64,000 nucleotides of DNA from an uncultured Candidatus Saccharibacteria bacterium (GTDB taxonomy: Bacteria; Patescibacteriota; WWE3; CAZQFB01). Shown here piece after piece: positions 48,266 through 58,232 of the stretch. The position numbers and the translations under genes were made by a program. Under the pieces are notes generated by a model. That model was not told where the DNA came from. It saw nothing but the letters and a program-made list of their open reading frames with translations, and did no database searches. The stretch is taken from the NCBI GenBank assembly GCA_964592525.1, contig CAZQFB010000001.1, positions 279,299 through 343,298 on the forward strand, written 5' to 3'. The stretch's first letter is position 1, and every line of letters starts with the position of its first letter.

Positions 48266-50803
48266 CTAATCGTGATCTTTAACCCAGCGGATGGCTTCAT
48301 TGGGGTCTAAAATATAAGTCCACCAATCCCTTGTAAAATCGGTTGCTCTGCCGTTGGTGAGGTAAATATTAGCAGTACCACTTTGGCTAGGTAGAGATCC
48401 CAACCAGAAGAGCTGCCAGCCTTCATCGCTGCAACCCCAAGCAGTGCAATTAATTGGTGTCGCTTTGCCAGTGTAATTGGGAAACTCTTGCCATTTCTGG
48501 CAAGCGCTTGGTCTGGTGGTATCGTTGTTGTAATTATAATGTGTTACAGCATTATGCGGAAAATGAACATTACCGCAGTATTCAGAGGTGGGTGGGTTGT
48601 TAGCATTCTTGGGTTCATAGTAGCGGTCAATGACGGCAAAATCTAACCAATGGCGTTGTATTTCCGAACCTTTCCAGTAAGCAGTAAAATAGTTTATGAC
48701 TGATTCTACTCGGTGTCCGTACATATGTAGACTAGCATCGGGTCGCCAGGTAGTACCCATCACGATTATTTGTTTTTGACATTCTGGCACGATAAAGGTA
48801 GGACCATTTACCCAAAATCCGGTAGTAGGACCAACCATAAAACTTTCATAGGCTAAAACGTAATCTGGACTTAACATCCAGATTTCATCAGCGTTTACTT
48901 TGGCAGCTTCTTCACAGATACTGCTCTCTTGGAAAAATTTAACATAATCAACTTTCCATTTGTTCTCTTCACACCAATCGGGCACTGGATTGCCGGTGAG
49001 GGGATTCAAACAAGGTAAAAATCCATTACTACTATAGCGAGGTCCGCTTTTCATGGGTGGGAAGGTGGTGATATTTTGATAACCAGCTATTTGGTAATTA
49101 ACTACACCTTCAGTAGCTTTATTTAAGGCATCGGCTTTAGTTTTAGCCGAATTTACGGCAGCTTGATGCAAACTGACTCCGTTAGCTAGAGTTGATAGGT
49201 ACTCGCTGTAAATAGTACCGCTATCCAATGGAGGATCTACGGTGACCAAAAGCAGGTTGACGGTGTGCTGATTTTCTGGCGTACCAACATCGGGAAGAGC
49301 TGTATTGGGAGGAGGGTTGTCTGGTTTTTCCACAATAGGGGGTGGGTTATAGGTGGGGATTTGGTCCAAACCGAGGAGATCCAGTCTAGCAGCACCGCCG
49401 GTTTGGCCGTAATCTACCTTGAGGTTATAGGTACCACTGCTTGGTAGCTTAAGGGTTACTTTATGGCTACCATAGCCTAGTTTAGAGGTGACGGCGAGGT
49501 CATTTAACCAGATTTGTGCCCAGTCATCCACGAACAGGGTAAGGTTGTAGGTGCCTTGGGTGAGAGCTAGGGAGTTAGTAAAGAGAGCAGAGAACCTTTG
49601 CCTGTCAACGTCTGTGGGGTAGGGGGTTTCATTCCCAAATCTAAGTTTGAGGTCTCGGTTAGTATCACTGAACCCGTCGTTGTAATCAGCTATGGTTGAG
49701 CTAAGATTGCCGGTAGCGTTGTAAAACTTAGCTTCCCACTTGGCAGTGGGAGCAACCGCTGGTTTTTCCACAATAGGTGGTGGGTTATAGGTGGGGATTT
49801 GGTCCAAACCGAGCAGGTCCAGTCTAGCAGCACCGCCGGTTTGGCCGTAATCTACCTTGAGGTTATAGGTACCACTGCTTGGTAGCTTAAGGGTTACTTT
49901 ATGGCTACCATAGCCTAGTTTAGAGGTGACGGCGAGGTCATTTAACCAGATTTGTGCCCAGTCATCCACGAACAGGGTAAGGTTGTAGGTGCCTTGGGTG
50001 AGAGCTAGGGAGTTAGTAAAGAGAGCAGAGAACCTTTGCCTGTCAACGTCTGTGGGGTAGGGGGTTTCATTCCCAAATCTAAGTTTGAGGTCTCGGTTAG
50101 TATCACTGAACCCGTCGTTGTAATCAGCTATGGTTGAGCTAAGATTGCCGGTAGCGTTGTAAAACTTAGCTTCCCACTTGGCAGTGGGAGCAACCGCTGG
50201 TTTTTCCACAATAGGTGGTGGACTGGTTTCCTGCGCTGGTGGGGGAGAAAGTAATATGCTATCTAGTCCCAACAATTTCAGCTGTGGTTGTCCGCCTATT
50301 CGGAGGTAGTTTATAGCTAGGGAATATTCCCCAGTTTGGGGTATGTTTAAAGTTACATCTTGCCAAGATTTTTTCAGGTACTGATCATTAATTAACTTGT
50401 CATTTAGGTACAAGCCGGCTGAATCATCGGCGTACATTTTGAGCAAATAAGTGCCTTGGGGTAGTGTCAGTTTAGTGTTAAAAGTTACCTTGAAGTTGAT
50501 GTATTTTAATCCTATAGGATAAGACACTCGTTTGCCCCAAGTAATGTCTAAATCATTGATCGTTTCGTCATTGCTATCGTAAATATTTTTGGTGGAAACG
50601 CCGGCGTATTTTCCATTAGCGAGATAATAAGTAGCTTGCCAGGGGCTAGGCAACGATTTAGCACTGGAGAAGTAATTTTGTCTGACTTTGTTGCTACCGA
50701 CAGTTACAACTAAAGCAAGCAGTAGCAATAAATATTTTGTGTTTTGGGTAAATTTTATGTATTTAAAATATTTTTTATATTTACGGACAGCTTTATACAC
50801 CAT
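48266..50803 (-). CDS. large secreted protein with three PA14-like domains (two identical copies) and a C-terminal Cys-containing domain of unknown function
   Basis: signal-anchor N-terminus; repeated GTYNLTLFVDDWAQIWLNDLAV... modules; 146-aa block present twice verbatim. Confidence 0.7.
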   Translation of the reverse strand: MVYKAVRKYKKYFKYIKFTQNTKYLLLLLALVVTVGSNKVRQNYFSSAKSLPSPWQATYYLANGKYAGVSTKNIYDSNDETINDLDITWGKRVSYPIGLKYINFKVTFNTKLTLPQGTYLLKMYADDSAGLYLNDKLINDQYLKKSWQDVTLNIPQTGEYSLAINYLRIGGQPQLKLLGLDSILLSPPPAQETSPPPIVEKPAVAPTAKWEAKFYNATGNLSSTIADYNDGFSDTNRDLKLRFGNETPYPTDVDRQRFSALFTNSLALTQGTYNLTLFVDDWAQIWLNDLAVTSKLGYGSHKVTLKLPSSGTYNLKVDYGQTGGAARLDLLGLDQIPTYNPPPIVEKPAVAPTAKWEAKFYNATGNLSSTIADYNDGFSDTNRDLKLRFGNETPYPTDVDRQRFSALFTNSLALTQGTYNLTLFVDDWAQIWLNDLAVTSKLGYGSHKVTLKLPSSGTYNLKVDYGQTGGAARLDLLGLDQIPTYNPPPIVEKPDNPPPNTALPDVGTPENQHTVNLLLVTVDPPLDSGTIYSEYLSTLANGVSLHQAAVNSAKTKADALNKATEGVVNYQIAGYQNITTFPPMKSGPRYSSNGFLPCLNPLTGNPVPDWCEENKWKVDYVKFFQESSICEEAAKVNADEIWMLSPDYVLAYESFMVGPTTGFWVNGPTFIVPECQKQIIVMGTTWRPDASLHMYGHRVESVINYFTAYWKGSEIQRHWLDFAVIDRYYEPKNANNPPTSEYCGNVHFPHNAVTHYNYNNDTTRPSACQKWQEFPNYTGKATPINCTAWGCSDEGWQLFWLGSLPSQSGTANIYLTNGRATDFTRDWWTYILDPNEAIRWVKDHD
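49320..50195. repeat. near-perfect tandem duplication of a 438-bp unit (2 copies, a third partial start at 50196) inside the PA14-like gene
   Basis: GCTGGTTTTTCCACAATAGGTGGTGGGTTATAGGTGGGGATTTGGTCC... recurs at about 49320 and 49758, partial at 50196. Confidence 0.85.
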
Positions 50804-50965
50804 TTAATGATAGCAACTATACGTTGAGATTAAAAGAGATCTAAACCAGATCAAAAAAAGGCAAAACAGAGCTGCCCTTAAAGGACGGTCCTTTGTAGCC
50901 TTACGCTGATACTGTTCTTATGTTACTTTCTTCCGTAAGTGGGGGTGTATGGACCCTTAGTGATT

Positions 50966-51427
50966 TTAGCCTCTTTTATCTACTAAGCCTCCAGAGTACC
51001 AGGCTTGATAGATTTCATCGCTTTCATCAAATATTTTTTCTGTTCCTTGAAAGGATCTGACATCTCCTTGCCAACTGTTTTTGTATGTTAAGTTTTTCTC
51101 TTGGTATTGCTTAGGTCCCCTGAAAGGAGCCTCTTTTGGTATTTCTTTAAGAGCTGACTTTAGGAAGCTATAGACTTGCTCTAGATTGTTAAAAGATTCA
51201 TGCACAAAACCATAATAAACCATTATCCAAACAGGCTTATTCTTATGAAAAACCACAACATGGCCCCCGTATGGTTCTCCGCCAAAGAAGTTGTCTCTCA
51301 ACCTCCAATCACCATCCGTGGAATCTAGGGTAGTTGAACCATCTTTTTCTTTAATTTCCTCTGCTTCGTTGACATATCCCTGGTTGTTATGTTTGGCGAG
51401 GAATGCAGTGAGTAACGGAGTATTCAT
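50966..51427 (-). CDS. hypothetical protein
   Basis: ORF with ATG; no family recognised. Confidence 0.4.
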   Translation of the reverse strand: MNTPLLTAFLAKHNNQGYVNEAEEIKEKDGSTTLDSTDGDWRLRDNFFGGEPYGGHVVVFHKNKPVWIMVYYGFVHESFNNLEQVYSFLKSALKEIPKEAPFRGPKQYQEKNLTYKNSWQGDVRSFQGTEKIFDESDEIYQAWYSGGLVDKRG

Positions 51428-51462
51428 GTTGGGACTATAACCTAAAAGGCATGTAGCCTGAT

Positions 51463-51714
51463 TTATTTGGATTGATGGGATTCCAGTTTGAGAAGTCTTT
51501 CTTCAAGTTGATCACAGCGGTTTCTGGGCATGGTGACATCCTGATTAAGGGTTTGGTGAAGGGTAATAAAGCCATCAATGTGAGTTAGTAGCTTATCGAC
51601 ATCCTCATTATGTTTTTCTAAAAGAACAATTTCTTCTCTTGAAGGTTTTTGTGCTAATTGATGCTCTAACAATTCAAGCTTAGATATTATTTGGTCAAGT
51701 TTCTTATCACTCAT
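51463..51714 (-). CDS. hypothetical small coiled-coil protein
   Basis: ORF with ATG, heptad-like LxxLE pattern; upstream partner of 50966..51427. Confidence 0.35.
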   Translation of the reverse strand: MSDKKLDQIISKLELLEHQLAQKPSREEIVLLEKHNEDVDKLLTHIDGFITLHQTLNQDVTMPRNRCDQLEERLLKLESHQSK

Positions 51715-51999
51715 TGTATGGGTAAATGTAGCAGAGATAACTTATCCTCGCAACAACCCTTTAATAGCAGGGGTTTACAAGGACCGTACTTTGTACCACT
51801 CAAGTGGTCACGATTTTATTTTAGCATAGGACTTGTGTTGGGCTTGCTTCAAAAAAAGCATGAACAAAGAGGGTGTCTTTAAATTTGATTGTAACGTCAT
51901 ATTTTATATGGTCTAGATAGACAAAAGCGGTAGTGGCTCATGTTGTATTAAAAAATTATAAATGTATCGCTGCCCGGCATTTGCTATATTGTATTTATC

Positions 52000-53517
52000 A
52001 TGGAAAAGCACTTACAAAACCAACAGAAAATTATGTCAGCGTCGCAGCAAGATCGTTCAATTTTAAGTAGCCAAATAAAGTGGGGTGTATTAATTCTAGT
52101 TACAGCAATTTGTCTTAGTTATCTTACTGCCTTAGTTAATAAAGTCTCACCACTTAGCACTATTATGATGGGAGAACATCCGGAAAACTTGGGTTTGGCT
52201 GTCATGATAATATATCTCGTTTCATATTTTAGCCATTATGTAATACTTCTGGGCATTGTGTCTGCTCTTGTTTACTTTATTACTAGGCGGCTTCGGACCA
52301 TGCTAACTTTTGGTTTGCTCGTAATAGTATCTAGTTTGGCTATCACAACGGTGACGAGTTTTATTTATGAGTTGAGAACAGAGAACGACTATTACGCTTA
52401 TAAAAATGAGACCCAAAAGCTTGATAATATTGAGCTTAAGGTTACGGAAGGACTTGTTAATATTATACCTTCTCCCAACCAAGACAGGCCAAATCCTTCT
52501 GTTGAATTATCGTTTCGCGTTGATGTTTCTGGTATTTCCACGCCATTACAGATAATAAACCCTTTTAAATCACCTAAGCTTGTTGCCACTCATAAAACTT
52601 TGCACATACCATTCTGTTTTGATATTTCTATGCCTGTTATCGGTCAAGAGAAAGCGCATTATCTTGATCTCCCCGAAGACACACAAGAGTATTTACTTAA
52701 GGCAGGTACTAACTATTTTTCATATACCATAGACTTAAACAATGAGGAAAACGAGTCATTATTTAGCGATTACGTTTCTGGTCCCATAACTAGGGTGGGA
52801 TTTTTACCTTCATTTGCTTCCTATTTGCCAAATAACAGGCTTTCAAGCAATATTCCTCTTAATAATGTAGCCTACAAGGGAGATCTTCTGGAAGATTCTG
52901 TCTGTAACTCAATTACAACATGGAAGGATGGTGCCTATTGGAGTGCTGTTCAACCAGCTATGATAGAAGAAGATTTATTTGATGTGGGTAGTGGGGCTCC
53001 TAGCATTACTGCCCCGGCACCTGAAAATATAGTTAGCGATCAGGTTCAGGCTCAACCAGAAACCATTGGGGGAACAAGGTTTCAAGATTTAGGCTTTACT
53101 GTTAATGTTCCCGCCAACATGGTTACTAAGAAAATTAATAGTAACCAAGGAATCATCGGGGGAACTAGTATTTATTATGATTATAATGATGATGTCGTTC
53201 GACCACAGCAATCAGAAGTATACGTTTATCTCTATAATGATGATACTATCGATAACTGGTTACGAAAATACACTACCACAGAGGAGATAGATATCGCTCG
53301 CAACCCCCAATATTTTTTCCATGCTGTTAAAAAATTGGATTCAGTAATTATTGATCAGGTTAACGCTACGACTTTTTCTGCCTTAGATTATGGTGCTCCC
53401 TCGCAAAATGCTGTATTTAGAGCTAACGGTTATATTTATGTTATCGGCTGGGTTCTGTTTGATAACGATTTAAGTCAGGAGTATCAGGAAATAATAAATA
53501 CCTTTAGGCTTGATTAA
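52000..53517 (+). CDS. hypothetical membrane protein (3-4 N-terminal TM, large extracytoplasmic domain)
   Basis: ORF with ATG; no family recognised. Confidence 0.45.
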   Translation: MEKHLQNQQKIMSASQQDRSILSSQIKWGVLILVTAICLSYLTALVNKVSPLSTIMMGEHPENLGLAVMIIYLVSYFSHYVILLGIVSALVYFITRRLRTMLTFGLLVIVSSLAITTVTSFIYELRTENDYYAYKNETQKLDNIELKVTEGLVNIIPSPNQDRPNPSVELSFRVDVSGISTPLQIINPFKSPKLVATHKTLHIPFCFDISMPVIGQEKAHYLDLPEDTQEYLLKAGTNYFSYTIDLNNEENESLFSDYVSGPITRVGFLPSFASYLPNNRLSSNIPLNNVAYKGDLLEDSVCNSITTWKDGAYWSAVQPAMIEEDLFDVGSGAPSITAPAPENIVSDQVQAQPETIGGTRFQDLGFTVNVPANMVTKKINSNQGIIGGTSIYYDYNDDVVRPQQSEVYVYLYNDDTIDNWLRKYTTTEEIDIARNPQYFFHAVKKLDSVIIDQVNATTFSALDYGAPSQNAVFRANGYIYVIGWVLFDNDLSQEYQEIINTFRLD

Positions 53518-53590
53518 TTATTTGAGTATTTTCTAACGATTATTTACTCAAATATCTGAACTAAGGGTTCGCTCTACCAACCTACCCTAC

Positions 53591-53617
53591 AAAACACAAA
53601 ACCCCCACTAAAGGGGG
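53591..53617. terminator. bidirectional terminator hairpin CCCCCACTAAAGGGGG flanked by A-tract/T-tract
   Basis: read directly; between the 505-aa gene (+) and tRNA-Lys (-). Confidence 0.5.
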
Positions 53618-53629
53618 ATTTTGATTTTG

Positions 53630-53701
53630 TACGCCAGGAGGGGATCGAACCCTCGACACCCTGGTTAAAAGCCAGGTGCTCTACCACTGAGCTACTGGCG
53701 C
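53630..53701 (-). tRNA. tRNA-Lys (anticodon TTT)
   Basis: manual fold: GCGCCAG-TA-GCTCAGTGGTAGAGC-A-CCTGG-CTTTTAA-CCAGG-GTGTC-GAGGGTTCGATCCCCTC-CTGGCGT-A (G1-U72 wobble). Confidence 0.75.
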
Positions 53702-54052
53702 ATGATTGTCTAATTTTTTCACACGCTAACTAATTATGGAGGTGATCATAGCTATTATAGTGGCAAGCCACTGTACGCCTAGATCGGCGGATTAATTTGA
53801 CTATACCTCACCTCCTTCGTCGGTTCGCCAAGTCTGCATTGAAAGCTACTGGCGCTGGTGGTAAAACGCTGAAATTATATCATAGTCTTTGTTTGCGATA
53901 GTTAGCTGAATTGCACACTAATTAATAGCATTAAGTGCATTAATGTTATTTTGCATACGTAGATATAAATACACCACCAAGTTTATTTAACTTCAGTTGG
54001 GGTGAAAGCCTTTCTCTTGCTTTAAACTGACTTCGTTGGTTAAATAAACAAT

Positions 54053-55093
54053 ATGTTGTCTGCTCAAGAGTATAACCACCTCATCATAATTCCCCTTTAT
54101 ATCGCCGGTATTTTAATTGCTGCCGAGTTGATTCACTTGGGGATGCCTAAATTGATTAAACTATTAGCGAAAAGAACCCCCAATAAATTAGATGATCAGC
54201 TCTTAGCCCAACTGCAAAAACCCTTTTTTTGCACCGTATTTTTATACGGAATGCTTAAATTATTGGAAACACTTGCGCTAGCGCACCGCTTGGATTTTTA
54301 TCTGCGGGAGGGTTTAGTAGCTACCCTAGTCATGCTCTGGTCGGCTGCCCTAGCGGGGATATTAATTGCCATACTGGATGATGTTTTACTACGTAAAGGG
54401 CTTCATGGCATCCACCGACCCCAAGATTTATTGCCTTTTATCTCTGCCGTAATAAGGGTAAGTGTTTTTGGTTTAGCCGTCTTTTATATTTTAGAGCGTT
54501 GGGGGGTCAATATTACGCCCATGCTTGCCTCGGCTGGGGTAGCTGGTCTAGCGGTAGCTCTGGCTGCCCAGGAAACGTTAGCTAATTTTTTTGGGGGTTT
54601 ATCACTCTCCTTCGATCAAGCTTATAAAGTGGGTGATTATGTGGTGGTTGATGATAAGGATAGGGGTGAAGTGCTTAAGATTGGTATGCGCAGCACTCTT
54701 ATCCGTACCAGAGATAATGTTTACCTATCTATTCCCAATTCGGTAATGGCTAATAGTAAGGTGGTTAATGAAACAGGCTCTCGTTCGGATTTGCGGTTGC
54801 GTATTAGGGTGGGCATTTCCTATCAGTCTGATCCTGATCAAGTGGAAAAAGCTTTTTTAGAGGTGGCTCGCTCTCATAATAAGGTTTTAAAAAACCCAGA
54901 ACCGCGGGTTAGATTACGAGAGTTTGCCGATAGTGCTTTAATCTATGAACTGCTAGTTTGGATTCATAACCCAGAAGAAAAGGGTCTTATTACGCATGAA
55001 CTTCAAACAGCCCTGCTGCATTCTTTTAAAAAGAACCGGGTGGTAATAGCATACCCACAAGTGGATGTGCATCTAGCCGAAAACCAGAAATGA
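54053..55093 (+). CDS. mscS: small-conductance mechanosensitive channel (MscS family)
   Basis: pore helix ITPMLASAGVAGLAVALAAQETLANFFGG and beta-domain VGDYVVVDD..GEV. Confidence 0.85.
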   Translation: MLSAQEYNHLIIIPLYIAGILIAAELIHLGMPKLIKLLAKRTPNKLDDQLLAQLQKPFFCTVFLYGMLKLLETLALAHRLDFYLREGLVATLVMLWSAALAGILIAILDDVLLRKGLHGIHRPQDLLPFISAVIRVSVFGLAVFYILERWGVNITPMLASAGVAGLAVALAAQETLANFFGGLSLSFDQAYKVGDYVVVDDKDRGEVLKIGMRSTLIRTRDNVYLSIPNSVMANSKVVNETGSRSDLRLRIRVGISYQSDPDQVEKAFLEVARSHNKVLKNPEPRVRLREFADSALIYELLVWIHNPEEKGLITHELQTALLHSFKKNRVVIAYPQVDVHLAENQK

Positions 55094-55416
55094 AAACTCA
55101 AATTGAGAAAGCCTTAAAAAAAGTAATTGATCCTGAATTAGGAGTGAGTGTGCTTGATCTGGGGTTGATTTATGACATTCAGGTGGCTGTGGGTGGTCTG
55201 GTAAACATTAAGATGACCACCACCACACCCATGTGTCCCTTGATTAACCTGCTTGTGCAAGAGGTGGAAGAAGCAGTTCGCTCGGTAGATAATGTCCAAG
55301 AGGTTAAGGTAGAATTGGTTTGGGAACCTGCCTGGAGTCCCGATAAAATGACTAAGGAGGCCAGGCTGCAGCTGGGATTTACTAGTTCTTTAAATAATAA
55401 TCAGGAGACTAAATAA
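55090..55416 (+). CDS. DUF59/MIP18-family Fe-S cluster assembly protein (SufT/PaaD-like)
   Basis: VIDPELGVSVLDLGLIYDI...TTTPMCPL signature. Confidence 0.8.
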   Translation: MKTQIEKALKKVIDPELGVSVLDLGLIYDIQVAVGGLVNIKMTTTTPMCPLINLLVQEVEEAVRSVDNVQEVKVELVWEPAWSPDKMTKEARLQLGFTSSLNNNQETK

Positions 55417-55417
55417 G

Positions 55418-56431
55418 ATGAAAATCGCATCCTTTTTAATGTTTGATAAATTTCAAGAAGACTACCTCCAGGAAAAATTACCTGAACACGAACATTTCTT
55501 TTATCAGCAAATGTTAACTGAAAAGAATGTGGCATTAGTTAAAGAGGCGGAAATAATCACTTTATGGGTTTATTCCCAAGTCACGCGTGAGATCATTAAC
55601 CAACTTCCTAACCTTAAATACATCACTATTCGGGGAACTGGTTTTAATCATGTGGATTTAGAGGCAGCTGCCAAAAAAAATATTCTTGTTTCTAATGTGC
55701 CTGAATATGGTAGTGATACGGTGGCGGAATACGCTTTTGCTCATTTGCTTAACCTGACCCGTAAAATATCTTTTACCGATGCCCGGATGGGTCAGGAACC
55801 AGTCTTAAGAACAGAGTTAATGGGGGTTGATCTGAATGGTAAGACCTTGGGGGTTATTGGTGTGGGGCGGATTGGTCAGCATGCGGTTCGGATTGGGCTT
55901 GGTTTTGGGATGAGGGTAGTAGGGTATGACCCCTATCCAAACGAAGAGTTTGCGCAACAAACGGGATTTCAGTATTTGCCCCTAGAAGAAGTGTTAAAAC
56001 AAGCTGATTTTATTACTATTCACGCCCGCTTAACGGATGGTACTTACCACATAATTAATGATGATAATTACTCATACCTGAAAAAGGGAGTGTATATTGT
56101 TAATACCAGTCGGGGTCCGATCTTAAACACGGAAACTATTATTAAGGGTTTGGCGGAAGGTATTATAGCTGGAGCGGGTTTGGATGTTTTTGAGGGGGAT
56201 GAATTTGTGCGTTTTGAGGATGCTTGGTTTGATCCGAGACGAATTGAGCAAGGGGAAGAGCGAGAAGCCGGCTATTTCAGCAAATTGTTGGAATACAACG
56301 TAGTTCTGACTCCGCATAATGCCTATAATACTAAAGAAGCCGTAATTAATATCTTGGATACTACGGTCCAAAACATCACTGCTTTTATCCAGGGAAAGCC
56401 AATAAACTTGGTGCGGTTAGAGAGTAAATAA
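55418..56431 (+). CDS. NAD-dependent D-isomer-specific 2-hydroxyacid dehydrogenase
   Basis: GKTLGVIGVGRIGQHAV Rossmann motif, catalytic R/E/H context (TPHNAYNT). Confidence 0.85.
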   Translation: MKIASFLMFDKFQEDYLQEKLPEHEHFFYQQMLTEKNVALVKEAEIITLWVYSQVTREIINQLPNLKYITIRGTGFNHVDLEAAAKKNILVSNVPEYGSDTVAEYAFAHLLNLTRKISFTDARMGQEPVLRTELMGVDLNGKTLGVIGVGRIGQHAVRIGLGFGMRVVGYDPYPNEEFAQQTGFQYLPLEEVLKQADFITIHARLTDGTYHIINDDNYSYLKKGVYIVNTSRGPILNTETIIKGLAEGIIAGAGLDVFEGDEFVRFEDAWFDPRRIEQGEEREAGYFSKLLEYNVVLTPHNAYNTKEAVINILDTTVQNITAFIQGKPINLVRLESK

Positions 56432-56560
56432 AAAGCATTTATCCTTTAATAAGAGATCGGGAGAAGGCACTCGTAAAACAGCTTAAATTGTGTTATGTTA
56501 TGAAAACATTGGCTTAGGATATAGCCTAAAGTTTATTAATTAAGGTTAATAGGAGTAAAA

Positions 56561-57340
56561 ATGGAAGACCGTAAAAACAGTTCTAGCTTAGGAACGCCGA
56601 TTGCCATTGTGGTGGCCGGGTTTATGATTGCCACCGCAGTCTACATTTCCAATTCCCAAACCGGTTTGTTATCTGGGGCAGATAAGCCAGAACAACTGGG
56701 GGAAGTTGCTGGTGTTCAACAAGCAGCCCAACCCAGCGCCCAGCCCAACCCAACTAATAACCCCGCCCAACCGACCGAACCACTATCTTTTAAGGTCAGT
56801 ATTGACGATGATCCGGTTATGGGAGATCCTAACGCTCCGGTGACGTTGATTGAGTTTTCAGATTACCGTTGCCCGTTCTGCTCACGTTTTGATAGTGATA
56901 CTTTAACGCAACTGAAAACTGAATATATTGATACTGGTAAGCTTAAGTTTGTCTACCGTGACTTTTCCATTCATGCCCCACAGTCAGATGATGCTTCAAC
57001 GGCAGGGAATTGTGCGCTGGAGCAAAACAAGTTTTGGGAATATCAGAAAGTCCTTTGGGAAAGATTTGACGCGGGTGATACCTTTGACGCTGCTACTTTG
57101 AAGTCTTACGCAGGTCAGCTGGGGCTAAATCAAGCCACTTTTGATAGTTGTTTTGATGCTGGAAACCAGAAAGCTGAATTTGAGAAGGATTATAATGATG
57201 CTCGTTTGCTTTCAGTGACTGGTACACCAACCTTTTTTGTAGGTAAAACAACTAGTTCAGGTGAGATAGAAGCAACTAAGATAGTTGGCGCGCAACCTTA
57301 CGAAACATTTAAAACGGAAATAGATAAGTTGCTTAAGTAA
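56561..57340 (+). CDS. DsbA-like thiol:disulfide oxidoreductase (membrane-anchored, CPFC active site)
   Basis: FSDYRCPFCSRF thioredoxin-fold CxxC; N-terminal TM; AGGAG RBS. Confidence 0.8.
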   Translation: MEDRKNSSSLGTPIAIVVAGFMIATAVYISNSQTGLLSGADKPEQLGEVAGVQQAAQPSAQPNPTNNPAQPTEPLSFKVSIDDDPVMGDPNAPVTLIEFSDYRCPFCSRFDSDTLTQLKTEYIDTGKLKFVYRDFSIHAPQSDDASTAGNCALEQNKFWEYQKVLWERFDAGDTFDAATLKSYAGQLGLNQATFDSCFDAGNQKAEFEKDYNDARLLSVTGTPTFFVGKTTSSGEIEATKIVGAQPYETFKTEIDKLLK

Positions 57341-57345
57341 CCAGA

Positions 57346-57888
57346 GTGCCTGCCCACAAATGTCATGATCTCAAAAGGTCTTTGCTCTCAAGGAAAGCTT
57401 GGCTTATTAAGGTTGTCTGGCTGGCTAGTTTATTATTGTTGGTTTTAGTTGCCAACTCCTTTTTTTATCATTCCAGCGCTTCTGTAAACAATGATCCTTC
57501 GGGGATGGTGGGGGGATTTGTGCACATTGACGAGCGCTTAACTCTTAAAGTGGACATCGCGGAAAATAAAGCTTCCTGGAATCAAGGTTTATCCGGTCGT
57601 AACAGGTTGCCTAACGGGGAAGGGATGCTATTTATTTTTCCATCCCCCCAGGTAGGGATAGCCTTTTGGATGAAAGAGATGCAATTTCCCATTGATATTA
57701 TCTGGTTAAGAGAACACACCATTGTTGGTATCACACCCCAGGTTCCCGTGCCTCTGCCAGGCACGTCTGATCAAGAGCTAATCAGATATTCACCGGAAGG
57801 GGTGGTAGATATGGTCTTAGAAGTCCCTGCAGGATGGTCTGGCGCCAATAATGTTAAGATCGGGCAGAAAATAAGCTTAAAACGTTAA
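57346..57888 (+). CDS. DUF192-family protein
   Basis: GMLFIFPSPQVGIAFWMKEMQFPIDIIWL block; GTG start. Confidence 0.7.
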   Translation: MPAHKCHDLKRSLLSRKAWLIKVVWLASLLLLVLVANSFFYHSSASVNNDPSGMVGGFVHIDERLTLKVDIAENKASWNQGLSGRNRLPNGEGMLFIFPSPQVGIAFWMKEMQFPIDIIWLREHTIVGITPQVPVPLPGTSDQELIRYSPEGVVDMVLEVPAGWSGANNVKIGQKISLKR

Positions 57889-57935
57889 CTAAAGTTTTGT
57901 GTAATCAGACGGTGCTTCATCGGAAGCCCTTTTGT

Positions 57936-58232
57936 TTATTTTATGATATTGAGCTTGTATTTAAGACCCAACTTGCATAATTTGTATAGCCATGTTTCTG
58001 TCCAACCACATTTACCGCTGTCCTGCGGTGCGCATTTGGCATAGGTTAGGCAACTGTACTCTTCTTGCCACTCACAGGTAGTCACTGCTTCTTCCTCTTG
58101 GCAAAGTTGTCTGCTACAGCCGGTGATTAGACAAGGTGTAACAGGTGGTTCAAAAAGGTATTTATGGTAATAAAAGAAAGCAACACAAGTGAGGATAATT
58201 ATGGTGACAAAGACTACGATTTTATTTGCCAT
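57936..58232 (-). CDS. small secreted Cys-rich protein (about 8 Cys after a signal-anchor)
   Basis: ATG 58232 overlapping upstream gene stop; hydrophobic N-terminus; CxxC-rich mature part. Confidence 0.4.
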   Translation of the reverse strand: MANKIVVFVTIIILTCVAFFYYHKYLFEPPVTPCLITGCSRQLCQEEEAVTTCEWQEEYSCLTYAKCAPQDSGKCGWTETWLYKLCKLGLKYKLNIIK

